Origin: the human T2T-CHM13v2.0 reference genome, Homo sapiens | Assembly: GCF_009914755.1 (NCBI RefSeq) | Contig: NC_060947.1 | DNA: 64,000 bases | Direction: 5' to 3' (one strand) | Part shown: one piece after another, positions 14,678 to 29,541 of the stretch | Position numbering within the stretch: the stretch's first letter is position 1 | Layout of the letters: each line of letters starts with the position of its first letter | Translations under genes and position numbers: made by a program | Notes under the pieces: model-generated | What the model was told of the DNA's origin: nothing | What the model saw: only the letters and a program-made list of their open reading frames with translations | Databases searched by the model: none

Positions 14678-14911
14678 CAGTGTGTCTCAAGTTTTGTCAT
14701 TGTTCCTCCACTTAGGAGCATTTTCAGACATCTTTCCATTAATACCCCCATCCTCATGAAATCTTCATACCACAGGTATAGTATACATCTAGTTCTATAT
14801 AGTTGCCCTTTGGAGGGCCACACACTATTATAATGTCTAAGAAGAATTCCCTGCCCAAGATCCAATTTTCACCCTCTTGCAAGCGAGATCACTCCTGTTG
14901 AGAATGCATGC
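14678..14911. mobile_element. MER112-like hAT-Charlie MITE
   Basis: Termini cagtgtgtctcaa ... ttgagaatgcatg; internal ccctttggagggccacac. Confidence 0.65.
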
Positions 14912-16049
14912 CCCAATGCAGAGAAGCACTGCCAGTGGTAAGGAGTTTAGGCACAGGGCAGAGCCTGTTGTGAGATGGTTTTGAAGCTGGGAACTGGGGT
15001 GAGTTAGTCACTCACCCAAACCACATCAAGTAGGGAACATATTGCTGCTGCAGATAGATAAATAGAACTGTCATTAATGATACATTGGTGGTCTCATTTG
15101 GATATCAGTCTTCTGCACTTGTTTATTTATCCTTGGTTGATTCCACTGAGACCTGATAGTTCTTTTTGGGACTGATAGCTGAGTTGAGTTCCAGGGCAGC
15201 AGAGTAGACCCTGCACCAAAGGTGACCAGTTTGAAGCACACTGTTGTTCCTTGAAACAAACCATGGCATGCCTCTCTTGTCACAAAGACTTGGCAGTGGC
15301 TGTTGGGTAGAATCTTCCATTTTCTGTGTCACACTAAGCAGCCTGCTCATCTCTGCCTCCTTCCCCCTGCGGTGGCTCCTATAGCCATTTGACAGTGGGG
15401 AGGACGTGCAGCACTCCAGGAGGGCTTTTCTTTCCAGCTCTTCAAAGAGCATTTATCAGCTGAAAGGTAGCAGGACAGAGAGGGGCCTGCACTGGAGAGT
15501 CAGACAGCTGCCCAGAGGGCACTCTGTATGAGCTGCATTGAAGGAGCTGGAGAGTCCTACCTGGAAAATGAAGGTGAGGAGAAGCTGCCTTTCTTCCATT
15601 CACTTTCAGGCTCCCAGAACCTAGGCAGGCTGCCATGGCCACACTCTCTTTTATTAACCAAACTTTGGTTCACCTCAGCCTCCTCTCCCTGCTGAGCAGC
15701 AGCAGTCTGCCCACAATGAATGTTCAAGCCTATGTTTACAGTTTAGATGTTTCAGATAGACTGTATCTACAAAGACAATCTACTGAATAACTCTCAGGCT
15801 GTACTGTCCTATGTTCTCATCTCCCAAGTCTACCCAACCTCTGGGCATGCTCCCGGACACAATCTGATCTCAGATAAAGTAAAATTGATGAATTAGCTTC
15901 ATTTCTCACATGTTAGGCCCATATGATGAACCTCAGTATGTTGCACTCCCCTGAGCTCAGTGATTTCCCTTGGAAAGGGCTCCCATGGGAACTACAGAAT
16001 CCCATCAGTTAACACAGAAAGAAACCCTCTAGCTTGTTCTTAACTTAGA

Positions 16050-16537
16050 CCAAGTGAGTCCCAAACTTTAGTGTGTATCAGAATCACCAGGGAAGCTTGT
16101 CCAGGCAGAGGCCCCAGAGATTCTGGTTCAGTAAGTCTGAAATGAAGCTTAGGCCAGGCACTGTGGCTCACAGCTGTAATCCTAGCACTTTGGGAGGTCA
16201 AGGAGGGTGGATTGCTTGAGCCCAGGAGTTCAAGACCAGCCTGGGAAATATGGTGAAATCCCCATCTCTACAAATTTTTTTTTTAATTAGACGGATATGG
16301 TGGTGCATGCCTGTAATCCCAGCTACTTGGGAGGCTAAAGTGAGAGGACAGCTTGAGTCTGGGAGGTTAAGGCTGCAGTGAGGCAAGATCACACCACTGC
16401 ACTTCAGCCTGGGCAACAGAGTGAGACCCTGTCTCAAATAATTAAAAGAAATGAAGTGTAGGCAGTAATATTTCTAACAAGCTCCCTGAGTGACTCAGAT
16501 GTTCAGCAGTCCATGACTATAGTTGGTAAGCAGTGCC
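16050..16537. mobile_element. MER5A-like hAT MITE split by Alu
   Basis: cccaaactttagtgtgtatcagaatcacc...ccccagagattctggttcagtaagtctg ... tttctaacaagctccc. Confidence 0.75.
16152..16447 (+). mobile_element. AluJ-like
   Basis: Dimeric Alu; TSD gaaatgaag at 16139-16147 and 16448-16456. Confidence 0.93.
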
Positions 16538-16789
16538 CTAGGAGGCTCATGAATGGGCTTCAGGAACTTTATGGACTAATACTGTCTGCAAACTGTGTAT
16601 TTGATGCTTTTGTCTAGGTAAGGGTCCATGCAATTAGGAGACACTGCTGTAAGAGAGTAGCCAGACCATACTCTGTATTTCATGGGAAGAAAGCTAGCAG
16701 ACTTTGGTCAACAAAGGAGGCCAGTGGGTCCTCTGAGGCAGACTGCCTATAAGAGGGTAAAGTGTCACCAATACAAAAGAATGTCCCTC

Positions 16790-16806
16790 TGGCCCCTAGA
16801 GGGCAA
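16790..16806 (+). promoter_or_regulatory. Candidate CTCF motif
   Basis: tggcccctagagggcaa matches the CCRSYAGRKGGCR core with one mismatch; motif only, no occupancy evidence. Confidence 0.35.
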
Positions 16807-17099
16807 GATCTGAAGTATTAACAACCAAGTAAATGTTTCCTCTTAGTATACTCTTCTGTGAAAAAAATCAAACTCTAATCAAATCACCCTTATCAACTGC
16901 CTATTCCAGTGGAACTAGGGGGACTACTAAAGTCTTCTTTGTATGTGAACCAGTTTACCCTTCAACAGCATTTTCCCCCTAAAGTGAGGATGTGTTTTGC
17001 TTGTACTTTAATGAAAGGAGAAAGGGAGATATTGAAAATGTAATTTTTGATCTACATATCAAAAAAGATAAAGATAACTACACATGTGATTCTCCCTCT

Positions 17100-17101
<2 letters not shown>

Positions 17102-17140
<39 letters not shown>
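17102..17140. repeat. (AC)~19 microsatellite
   Basis: Direct reading. Confidence 0.95.
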
Positions 17141-17142
<2 letters not shown>

Positions 17143-17319
17143 GGATGGTGTTAAAATTGGCTGACCATATATAATTTGTGAGACCTGTGCACAAGTGTCA
17201 TTTCCCCATCAGTCACTCTATCTTTATACCTTTATCTGACTCTTGAGCCCTGAAGTTTTTCCTCTTTCAACTTTTCCCTACCAGAATTCAAATACTCTAG
17301 TTCGAGGTTAAGACTTAAA

Positions 17320-17686
17320 CCAGAGATTATTAACCTGCATTCATGAATTTCCCTAGATTGTAGGATGCTTTAGTATGTATCAGAATTACCTGAATGTGTT
17401 TAAATATGTATTCCATGGCCCCACCTACTTGCAGAGTCTGGTTCCTTCACTCTAGACAGGGGCTTGGGAGTCTTTATTTTAAACAAGGTTCCCAAGAGAG
17501 TCTGATAGATGTTGTTCTTAGTCCACACTTCAAGAAATACTATTCTTCAGGAGGGTTGTAAATTCCCTAAAAGTAAATGCAATGTTGAAGGCGTGTTATA
17601 TGTGTGTATATTTCTGGGCATTAGGTTCACAGGTTTAATTAGGTTCTGAAGGATTCCTTGATCTGAAAAAGGCAGATAATCAATTA
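17320..17686 (+). mobile_element. Charlie4z-like hAT MITE with nested MER5B-like element (~17360-17543)
   Basis: cagagattattaacctg...[atcagaattacctg...ccacacttcaagaaatact]...cttcaggagggttgtaaattccctaaaa...ggttctgaaggattccttgatctgaaaaagg. Confidence 0.55.
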
Positions 17687-17884
17687 CCAGGTAATATTTG
17701 AGTAAGAAATATAGAGTCCGGAATATAAGGGATGTGGCCAAAAGGAAAGAAATTTCCCTAGTATAGAGAAGCAGGAAATGATCCCCAATAAAGTCACTTT
17801 TCTAGTTTTTCTGACTGAGAAGTGGGAGAAGTTATAAGAAGCATCATGAATAAGTAAAGAACCTTTATTCTAGGAAAAAATTTA

Positions 17885-18650
17885 CAGCTTGCATCACAAA
17901 GAGCTAACTTTTCACCACATAAAGAGCTGCTACAAATTAATAGAGATAACTAAGCCAGTAGAAAAATGGGCAATTCTTGTGAACAAACAGTTCTCAGAAA
18001 AAGAAATGGCTCTTAAACATATGAAAAGATGCTCAGTGTCACTTTTAATGAGAGAAATACAATCCAGCATTGCAACGATATCTCACTTTTCATCTATTAG
18101 ATTGAGAAATATGAAAAGGTTTGAGAACACATGGTGCTGGCTGTATGTAGATTGGAACATATCTATGGAGGGCAGTTTGGCAATATGTATAAAAGTTACA
18201 CATGCCCACAGCATTTGATGCAGCCATTCCACTTTTAGGAATTTGTCATGTAAATATACCCCCACATGTGTAAAGATTATTCATTAGCAAAAGATTGTGG
18301 GAGACCTAAATGTCTGTCAATAAGAGATTGTGTAAATAGTTTATGGCAGCCCTTACAAAGGAAGAGTATATAGCTATAAAATGGCTAGTCTCTTTATGTA
18401 CTTATGGAAAGAAACTTTAAGTGTATGGTTATGCAGAAAAGGCAGGTGCTAAACAATGTGTGTGGTGTGATATCATCTGTGATAATAATATATGTATATT
18501 TGCTTATGCTTGTATTGACTCTTTCCTAAAGAATACATAAGGAACTGTTAACAGTTGTTAGGCCAGAGAAAATTTGGGAAGAAAAGTTACGTTTTATTTA
18601 TACCCATTTGCATTTTTCAGATCATTTACATGTATTTCCTATTAAAAATA
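17885..18650 (+). mobile_element. Old L1 (L1ME-like) 3' end
   Basis: ORF 17889-18218 resembles ORF2 C-terminus (PVEKWA...KHMKRCSVSLLMREIQ), followed by L1M 3'UTR. Confidence 0.8.
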
Positions 18651-19832
18651 CGGCAAAGCAAGATGGCTGAATAGAAGTTTCCAGTAATCATCCCCCAGCA
18701 GGAATACCAAATTGAACAATTACCCACAGAAAAAAGCACCATCATAAGAATCAAAAATGGGGTGAGCAATCACAGTACCTGATTTTAATATCATATTAGG
18801 GAAAGAGGCACGGAAGAGGGTAGGAAAGGCAGTATTGAATTGCTAATGCCACCCCTCCCCTATCCTCTGGTAGTAGCCGTGTGGCTCAGATAGAAAATCT
18901 GTGTGCTTGGGAGAAAGAAAGAACACTGACTGTGGGACTTCACATTGTAACTCACTGCTGCCTGTCACAGAATAAAGTAACATAGGGCAGAACTCAGCTA
19001 CCACCCACAGAGGGACTATTTAGACCAGCCCTAGCCAGAGGTGAATTTTCCATCCTCGCAGTTGGAATCTGAGTTCTGGCAAGCCCTGCCACCACGGGCT
19101 AAAGGGCTCTGGGGTCCTAAACAAACTTGAACATTATAGGCCACAAGGACTGAATTCCTGAACAAGCTCTGGTGCTCTGCTGGGCTTGGAACCAGTGGAC
19201 TTGGAGTTCACATCACCCAGTGAGACACCAGCTGGGGCAGCTAAGGGAGTGCTTGTGCCACCTCTCCACCAATCCCAGGCAGTGCAGTTCACAGCTCCAG
19301 GAGAGACCCCTTCCTTCTGCTTGAGGAGAGTAAAGAGGACTTTGTCCTGCAACTTGGATACCAGCTCAGCCACAGTAGAATAGGGCACCAGGCAGAGTCC
19401 TGAGGCCCTCATTTCAGGCCCTAGCTCCTGGACAATATTTGTAGACACACCATGAGCCAGTAGAGAGCCCACTGCCTTGAAAAGGAGAATCCAGTCCTGA
19501 CAGGATTCATCACTCACTGACTAAAGAGCCCACGGGCCCAGAATAATTAGCAGTGGTAGCCAAGCAGTAGTCATCATAGGCTTTGGGTGAGACTAAGAGC
19601 CGAGCTGCCTTCCAGAGTTACCCAGTACATTCCAAGCTGTAGTGACTACAGTGAAAGACTCCTTCTGCTTGAGGAAAGGAGAGTGTAGAATAAAGGGGAC
19701 TTTGTCTTCCAGCTTGGGTACCAGCTTGGCTACACTGGGTTAGAGGACCAAGTGGGCTCCTGGGGTCCCCAATTCCAGGGTGTGGCTCCTGGACAACATT
19801 TCTGGACATGCCCTGGGCCAGACTAGAGCCTA

Positions 19833-20036
<204 letters not shown>

Positions 20037-20850
20037 TCAGCCTCAGTAGACTATAGCATCGGGTAGATTCCTAAGGTTTCAACTGCCATGGCTCTTGGGC
20101 AACATCTCTGGACCTGCAGAGGGCCAGGAAGAACTCACCACCTTGAAGGGAAAGACACAAGCCTGGCTGGATTTGTCACTTGCTGATTGTAGAGTCCTTG
20201 GTCCTTGAGTGAACATAGGAGGCAGTCAGGCAGTGGTAACAGTTGGCCTTGTGCAAGATCCAGTGCTGTGCTGGCTTCAGGTCTGTCCCAGGGCAGTCCC
20301 AGTAGTGGTGACCACAGGGGTGCTTGTGTCACCCCTCCCCGAGTTCTAGGCAGCTCAGCATAGAAAGACAGGCTCCATTTGTTTGGGGGAAAGTAAGGAA
20401 AGAGAATAAGAGTCTCTACTTAGTAATCCACGGAATTCTCTCCAGTCTTACTCAAGATCAACAAGGCAGTGAATCTATGAGTCTGCAAGAGCCACAGTGT
20501 TACTGGACTTGGAGTTCCCCCTAATGCAGCTACAACTGCAGTGAACAGACTTAGATCACAACACCTGAGTTCCTTTGAATACCTGGAAAGGCTTTCCAAG
20601 AAGGACAGGTACAAGCCCAGACTGTGAAGACTACAATAAATGCCAACTCTTCAATGCCAGACACCGACAAACATCCACAATTATCAAGATCATCCAAGAA
20701 ATCATGACCTCATCAAACAAACTAAATGAAGTATCAGGATTAATCCTGGAGAAATAGAGATATATGACCTTTCAGACAGAGAAGTCAAAGTAGCTGTCTT
20801 GAGGAAGCTCGACAAAATTCAAGATGTCACAGAGAAAAAAGTCAGAATCT

Positions 20851-21114
20851 GGCCGGGCACGGTGGCTCATGCCTGCAATCCCAGCACTTTGGGAGGCCAA
20901 GGTTGGTGGATCACTGAGGCCAGGAGTTCAAGACCCGCCTGGCCAACATGGGGAAACCCCATCTCTACTGAAAACGCAAAAATTAGCCAGTGCACGCCTG
21001 CAATCCCAGCTACTCAGGAGGCTGAGGCAGGAGAATTGCTTGAACCCGGGAGGCGGAGGTGTGCACTTCAACCTGGGTGACAGAGCGAGACACTGTCTCA
21101 AAAGAAAAAAAAAA
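20851..21114 (+). mobile_element. Alu (S-like) with two internal deletions, no TSD
   Basis: ggccgggcacggtggctc start and A tail; flanks are non-adjacent L1 segments. Confidence 0.9.
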
Positions 21115-21909
21115 GGAACAATCAATATTGTTAAAATGTTCGTACTACCAAAACAATCTACAGATTCAATGCAATCCCTATCAAAATATCAATGGCATCC
21201 TTCACAGAATGGAAAAAAAAAATCCTAAAATTTATATGGAACCACAAAAGATCCACAACAGCAAAAGCCATCCTGAGCAAAAAGAACAAAACTGGAGAAA
21301 TGACATTACCTGACTTCAAATTATACTACACAGCTATAGTGACCGAAACAGTATGGTCCAAGCATAAAAACAGACACAGACCAATGGAACAGAATAGAGA
21401 ACCCAGAAATAAATCCATACATCTATAATGAACTTATTTTTTACAAAGTTGCCAAGAACATACAATGGGGAAAGGATAGTCTTTTCAATAGATGGTGCTG
21501 GGAAAACTGGATATCCATATGCAGAAGAGTGAAACTAGGCCCTCATCTCTTGCCCTGTACAAAACTCAAATCAAAATGGATTAGTGACTTAAACTTAAGA
21601 CCTCAAATTATGAAACTACTAAAAGAAAACATTGAAGAAACTCTCCAAGACATTGGTCTGGACAAAGATTTATTGAGTAATACCTCACAAGCACAGGCAA
21701 CCAGAGCAAAAATGGACAAATGGGATCACATCAAGCTAAAAAGCTTCTGCACAGCCAAGGAAACAATCAACAAAGTGAAGAGACAACCCACAGAATGGGA
21801 GAAAGTTTTTGCACACTATCCATCTGACAAATAATTAATAACCAGAATAAAGGAGCTCAATCAACTTGATAGTAAAAAATCAAATAATCCAGTCAAAATT
21901 GGGCAAAAC

Positions 21910-22269
<360 letters not shown>

Positions 22270-24943
22270 CTAAACATCATTGATCATCAGAGAAATGCAA
22301 ATCAAAACTACAATGAGATATCATCTCACTCCAGTTAAAATGGCTTATATCTAAAAGCCAATAGCAAATTCTGATGAGGATATGGAGAAAATAGAGCCTT
22401 TTTAAACTGTTGGTGGGAATGCAAATTAGTACAACCACTGAGGAGAACAGTTTGAAGGTTCCTCAAAAAACTAAAAATTGAACTACCATATGATTCAGCA
22501 ATCCCAGTGTTAGGTACATACCCAAAAGAAAGAAAATCGGTATGCCAAAGAGATACCTCCACTTCCATGTTTATTTGTAGCACTATTCACGATAGCCAAG
22601 ATTTGGAAGCAACCTAGCTGTCTATCAACAGATGAATGGTTAAAGGAAATGGGATACATATAAACAATGGAGTATTATTCAGCCATAAAGAAGAATGAGA
22701 TTCTGTCATTTGTAATAACATGAGTGGAACTGGAGGATATTATGGTACGGTAAGTGAAGTAAGCCAGGCACAGAAAGAGAAACTTCGCATATTCTCAATT
22801 ATTTGTGAGAGCTGAAAATTAAAACAATTGAACTCATGGAGATAGAGAGTAGAATAATGGTTACCAGAGGTTGAGAAGGGAAGAGGGGGTGGGGGGCAAG
22901 GGGGAGTGGGATGGTTAATGGTTATAAAAATATGGTTAGATAGAATGAATAAGATCTAGTATTTGATAGTACAACAGGGTGACTATGGTCAACAATAATT
23001 TATTGTACATTTTAAAAGAACTAAAAGAGTATAATAGGATTGTTTGTAACACAAAGGATAAATGCTTGAGGGGATGGATATCTCATTTACCTTGATGTGA
23101 TTATTATGCATTGCATATCTGTATCAAAATATCTCATGTACTACATAAACATATATACCTAATACGTACCCACAAAAACTAAAAATTGAAATAATAAATA
23201 AGGTGTTTAAAAATTGAAACTAAAGCAAGAAAGTAGGCTCTGGTTGCAATGTGAAGGGTGAGTTGGTTCACTGTGAGACTGGAGTGGAGATTCTCATCTG
23301 AGAAGCATAGTCTCCTAGGAGAGAGGCTAGGCCATGTCACTGCCACTGAGTAGAGCTTCTGGCATGCAACCAGCAATGTATGTGCTAAAAAACAAACAAA
23401 CAAACAAACAAACAAACCAAAAAAAAACTTGACAGATGAATGGATGGATTTTTTATGTCAAAAAAATTGACATCATATTCCTTAGGCATGATGGAGTGTA
23501 AAAAGATTGAGAACTCCTGGACCACAGGAAGGGAGGCCTTTAAGGAAGTGATTCCTTAATGTCGTCTCTACCTTAAAATCTACTTCATCCTTCAGGGCGT
23601 GGTTCATGGGCTATCTCCTCCATAGAGACCTTGATTTTCCTCTCTAAGGCCCCCAACCTCATCTCCCATGGGTTAAGGCTCATTTCTTTCCTCTTTTCTC
23701 CCAGAGCATTTCCCTTAATCTGTTATTACAGGATTTACTTCAATTTGCTTTATGGTTTAGATATTAATGTGCTTATCATTCTCTCCCACTAGATTGAAAA
23801 AAACAAACAAACCCATAGCTAGAACCCTTTCTTACCCATCTCTGTCTGGCCACCTCAGTGCCAGCAAAATACCTGGCAGGGAGGAGGTGGCCAATGAATA
23901 TAGAAGATCCTTAATAAAGGCAACACAGCCCTTTACAGGATGCCCTGGGCAGGAATGTGTCCTAGATTGTATTACAGGTGACATCGACCCTGTGGGTGAC
24001 AATAACCACAAAAAATAGGTTGTAACTGGGCTACCTTCCCAGTGAGTCACTTGATGCACTCAGATGTTTGAAGGAGTGTCTCTTACCAGCCTGCCAGGCA
24101 CTAGCAGCTAGGACTCAGCAAATAGTCTGCATTTCTTGGATATCTTTTCCAGGCCTGGAGCAGGGCTGGTGCCCTTATGTTTCCCCTCCTTCCTCTCCTG
24201 CCCAAAGCAGGTCTCATTTATCAACCAGACTCATTTTCCCATTCGACCCAGATGAGGCCTCAGATCCCTCTCAGAAGACAACAGCTACCTAACAATCATC
24301 TGGAGTTGGCACAGAAAATAAAACTTATTTGCTATACCAAGCTAGAGTGGATTCACATGCCTTGGGGGGGAGGCGGGAGAGCACCCTCCAGCATATTATA
24401 GAAGCCCTCCCAGGAGCATCCAGACCCAGGTGTATAATAGGCCTGCAAGCGCTGTGATCAAGCCACTTTGGGAAGTTTGCACACTGGTGGGCAAGTCCGT
24501 TGGTCCTGGCACTGCCAAGCCTTGATTGGTGTTAGTGATCAAGCTTACTCTACTGCAAACACAGAGGTAGAAAGACCTCAGGTAGCTGGAATCCAATTCA
24601 TCAAAAACCTTAAGTCACTGGAAACCTTCCTGTCTTCCTCCTTTCTCCTACTCTCCTCCCAAACAAAATAAACATTATACTTTTAGGAAGTAGAAGAAAA
24701 AAAGATAACGAAGAAAACTCCTATCAGGATTTCTGTTTTAAAACATTACTATCAGAGCATGTCCTGAGACCAGGTCAAACTAGGCCTAATCCCCTACATC
24801 CTTCTCTAGTGTGTATTCTACTCTGTGTCTAAGTAGTAACCAGTGGTGTTCACAATTATGACCTGTGAACCTGCAAGACCCTTAACAGAAATTCAAGCAA
24901 TTGTCACACATTCATGATCTCCAGCCTCTCCACTAATTTAGAC

Positions 24944-25171
24944 CAGAAGTCAGCAATCTACAGCCTGCGGGCCAAATGCAGCTCACCAGCTGTCTTTATA
25001 AATAAAGTTTTGTTGGAATACATCCTTGTTCATTCATTTAGATATTGTCTATGACTGTTTTCACGCTACAATGGCAGAGTGGTATAGTTGTGACAGAGAC
25101 CAACCATATGGCTCACAAAGCCTAAAATATTTACTATCTGGCCATTTATAGAAAAAGTTTGCAGATCCCTG
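24944..25171 (+). mobile_element. MER58A hAT MITE
   Basis: cagaagtcagcaa ... gtttgcagatccctg TIRs; 8-bp TSD atttagac/gcttagac. Confidence 0.9.
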
Positions 25172-25260
25172 GCTTAGACCACTTTGGGATCTGGTCCCAA
25201 AAAAGTGATTAATGCCTCCTCCTCCCTGCTCTTCTTCTCTTCCTTTCCCTTTCCTGCGCT

Positions 25261-25331
25261 GACACATACAGACAGACCCACAGACAGATACACACACACA
25301 TGTACACACACACACACACACACACACACAC
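25261..25331. repeat. Imperfect (CA)n/(CAGA)n microsatellite
   Basis: Direct reading. Confidence 0.9.
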
Positions 25332-26484
25332 TACTGAAAGGAAACCAGTACTGGCTGGAAACAGAAACAGGAAGGGCATGGGAAAGCAGAATTAAATTCT
25401 CTTCATAGGCCTGGCCACCTTTCTATGGAACACAGAGCCAGAGAGCTATGTACTTCAGGGTGTGCATTTGTGGGGGTTGGGGTTAGAGTCAATGTGAGAA
25501 AGCATGTGTTTGAAATAGTATTTTTATGCATATGTAACAGGTGTGTGGTCTACAAGAGCGTCACTAAATCTCAGGCTGATTTGGAAGAGCCACCTGCTCT
25601 CTTTCAACCCAGAGCTGCTTTCAATGCTCTAGCTCTATTTTCATTTGGGGTTGGGGGTGGGGATAGGTATGGTACAGGATGGGACATGTAGGGAGAATTT
25701 TTTTTAGACATCTCCTCCCTTTCCTCTTTCTCTTTCCCTCAGCTAGTTTAGGCAGAAACATGGGATGCCAATTATCACGGAAATACCACTTCAGGGATGA
25801 TTTCTGGACCATTGATAAAAAGCTTAGTCAATAGTGAATATAGAGTATGATTTCTTAGTTTTTATCTTTCTTTTGAATTGCTTTAAGTGGGTGGTAGCTG
25901 AATCCCTCGAGGGTGTAGTTTGGAAACTTCCTGAAAGGAAGAATGGAGACAAAATGGACTGAGGGCTGAAGATAAAATGGTGGTTTACTTTTGACTACCT
26001 GAGATGACCAGATTATGTTAAAACTAGTTCTATCCAATCAGCTTGTGGGCTTTGTGAAGGCCCATTAATACCAGATTGGAACATGCTGTGACCCTCAGAT
26101 GATAAGAACTGAATGGTCAGTCATGAGGCTGAGCTAGAAGCTCCGGCAATGGTTTGCTCTGGTTACTCAGGAAAACAGATCTAAACTTAATCAAAGACGA
26201 TTGATTGGAGGAAGTGTTAGTGGGAGGAGCCTTAAGTGAAAAGTTTGATAACTTGATTTTAATGAAGCAGAAAAAAGAAGAGAAAATGGCAAGCTTGGGA
26301 GATAGGAAAGAAAAGGTCTCAGACACTGTTCTCAGACAGGAAGGATACCGGAAATGAATCAGAACCTAGGGCCAGCTCTCTGGCTCTTGCCCACATTATG
26401 TTAGTCAGTAAATGCTATCCCAAATTCTGTTCCCTTACTGTGTCCTTGCTCTCTCCACACTTCTCCCTACCAAAACTAGCTCTC

Positions 26485-26537
26485 TCTGAATAGAATAAAA
26501 AGGCAGGAAAAAAAAGATAAAAAAATAAAAAATAAAT
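26485..26537 (+). other. Micro-retrocopy: short 3' end + AATAAA + poly(A), with TSD
   Basis: Perfect 12-bp direct repeat aaactagctctc at 26473-26484 and 26538-26549; AATAAA at 26494-26499. Confidence 0.65.
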
Positions 26538-27129
26538 AAACTAGCTCTCAGAAATGGAACTGAGGTATGCTCGTTCCAACTGAGGTACAAAGGATTGGGA
26601 AGGCTGAATATATTACCTTTTCAGGGAGATTTGCATTTTGATAAATCCAGTGCTTCTTTAATAATGGGTATTCATATAGAAGGGGAGCTACTCAGAAGTG
26701 TTCTGGGGGGCAAAGAAGTTTTTTCCATCCCTTGAAGTTACACCAATATTGCTGGATCTCCCTCTGCTTCTGGCTCGGATCATGGAAATGCTAGAATTAT
26801 TAATATTTCTAATGTTATGAAGAGTAAATAAAATAATTAATGTATGTAAAGTATTTGGCATAGTAAGAAGAGCTCAATAAATACTAAGATCGTTATCATG
26901 ATTACACTGCTTACTCATAGTGCCAGCCCTAACAAAACACATATTCTTACCCTAGGTGCTGCCTGTCCTAGAACACTGTATGTAGGTTGCACTTTTGCAA
27001 TGAGCTAGAGAAGGCCCAGAGCTATCTTGGAGACAAGGGCTGCTGTATTAGGGAATCCTAAACAGATTGCCTCTTTTCTGTGGGAAAAGTTGAAGAGGAT
27101 ACCATCAAATGTATGATTCAATATGTGTG

Positions 27130-27362
27130 GGAGACTGCATAGCATATTGGCTAAGGACTTGGGATTCTTTAGTCCAATAAATCAGGGTTTGAATCCTGGA
27201 TCTTCTACTTTCTAGCTTTTTGATTTTGGGAATGTCACTTTACTGCTCTGAGCTTCAGTTTCCTCAACTTAAATGGGCATACTAAGACTTGGATTCTGAG
27301 GATTAAATGGGAATTGAGAGTAAATTCTTTAGCCGAAATCTGCAATGTAAGTGTACAATAAA
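27130..27362 (+). mobile_element. MIR SINE
   Basis: gggtttgaatcctggatct...ctctgagcttcagtttcctc...gaggattaaatg. Confidence 0.8.
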
Positions 27363-27425
27363 CTTTAGGACTTATAAACTAAGTCCTAAAATTAGAGAAC
27401 TAGAGAAATGGTACTTCTTAGAGCA

Positions 27426-28119
<694 letters not shown>

Positions 28120-28199
28120 GAATGTGAAGGAGGCAATGCTAGCAGATATAAAAGGAAAACTTAATGTACCCTACACAAAGTACCAGGCATATAAACCAC

Positions 28200-28450
28200 A
28201 ATAACAGCAAGGGCTAACACATGTTGAATACTGTGAGGCAGACAATATTCCAAATAGGTTACATGTAATAGCTCATTCACCCTTTGAGGGGAATACTACC
28301 AATACCGTCATCCCCACCTGACAGACAGAGAAGGCTTTGGCAAAAGAGGTTAAGTAACTTGGCCAAGGTTACACAACTTGTATGTGGAGCTGGGAGTCAA
28401 ACCCAGGAAATCTGGCAACAGTCTATGCACTTAACAATTCTGTTATTCTC
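28200..28450 (-). mobile_element. MIR SINE
   Basis: agaggttaagtaacttggccaaggttacacaact. Confidence 0.85.
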
Positions 28451-28499
28451 ACAAGAAATTTTACAGGTTGAGATTAAAAATAGCTTCAGGAAGAGATTG

Positions 28500-29180
<681 letters not shown>

Positions 29181-29541
29181 GATTAGATTAAAATCTCAAT
29201 GATTTTTCCCTAAACTAAATGAAAGGTAAAATGAGATATTTAGGATATTTGGGACATCCTTGCTCTTTGAGGGTGATGTCAATGTCGTGTACCTCACACA
29301 TGCCCCTCCTCATGCCCCCATTCACTTGTTTATGTCCATCTTTTATCTTGGTTTGAAGCCACTTTCCCAGAGGAGCTTTTGCTGATCCTCCAGTGTAGGT
29401 TACACCCTCCCCGACCCATCTCCCCGCCCTCATACTTCTCACAATAATAAGGTATATAATTATTTGTTTACTAGCTCCCATACTAGACAGAACACTTTAG
29501 TGGATCTGTTTCGCATATTATTGTATTCCCATCCCCTAGCA

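Noticed and set aside
15425-15472. Possible micro-exon (ttttctttccag...aaag|gtagca)
   Set aside because: Splice-like motifs occur by chance, the donor is weak and there is no transcript evidence
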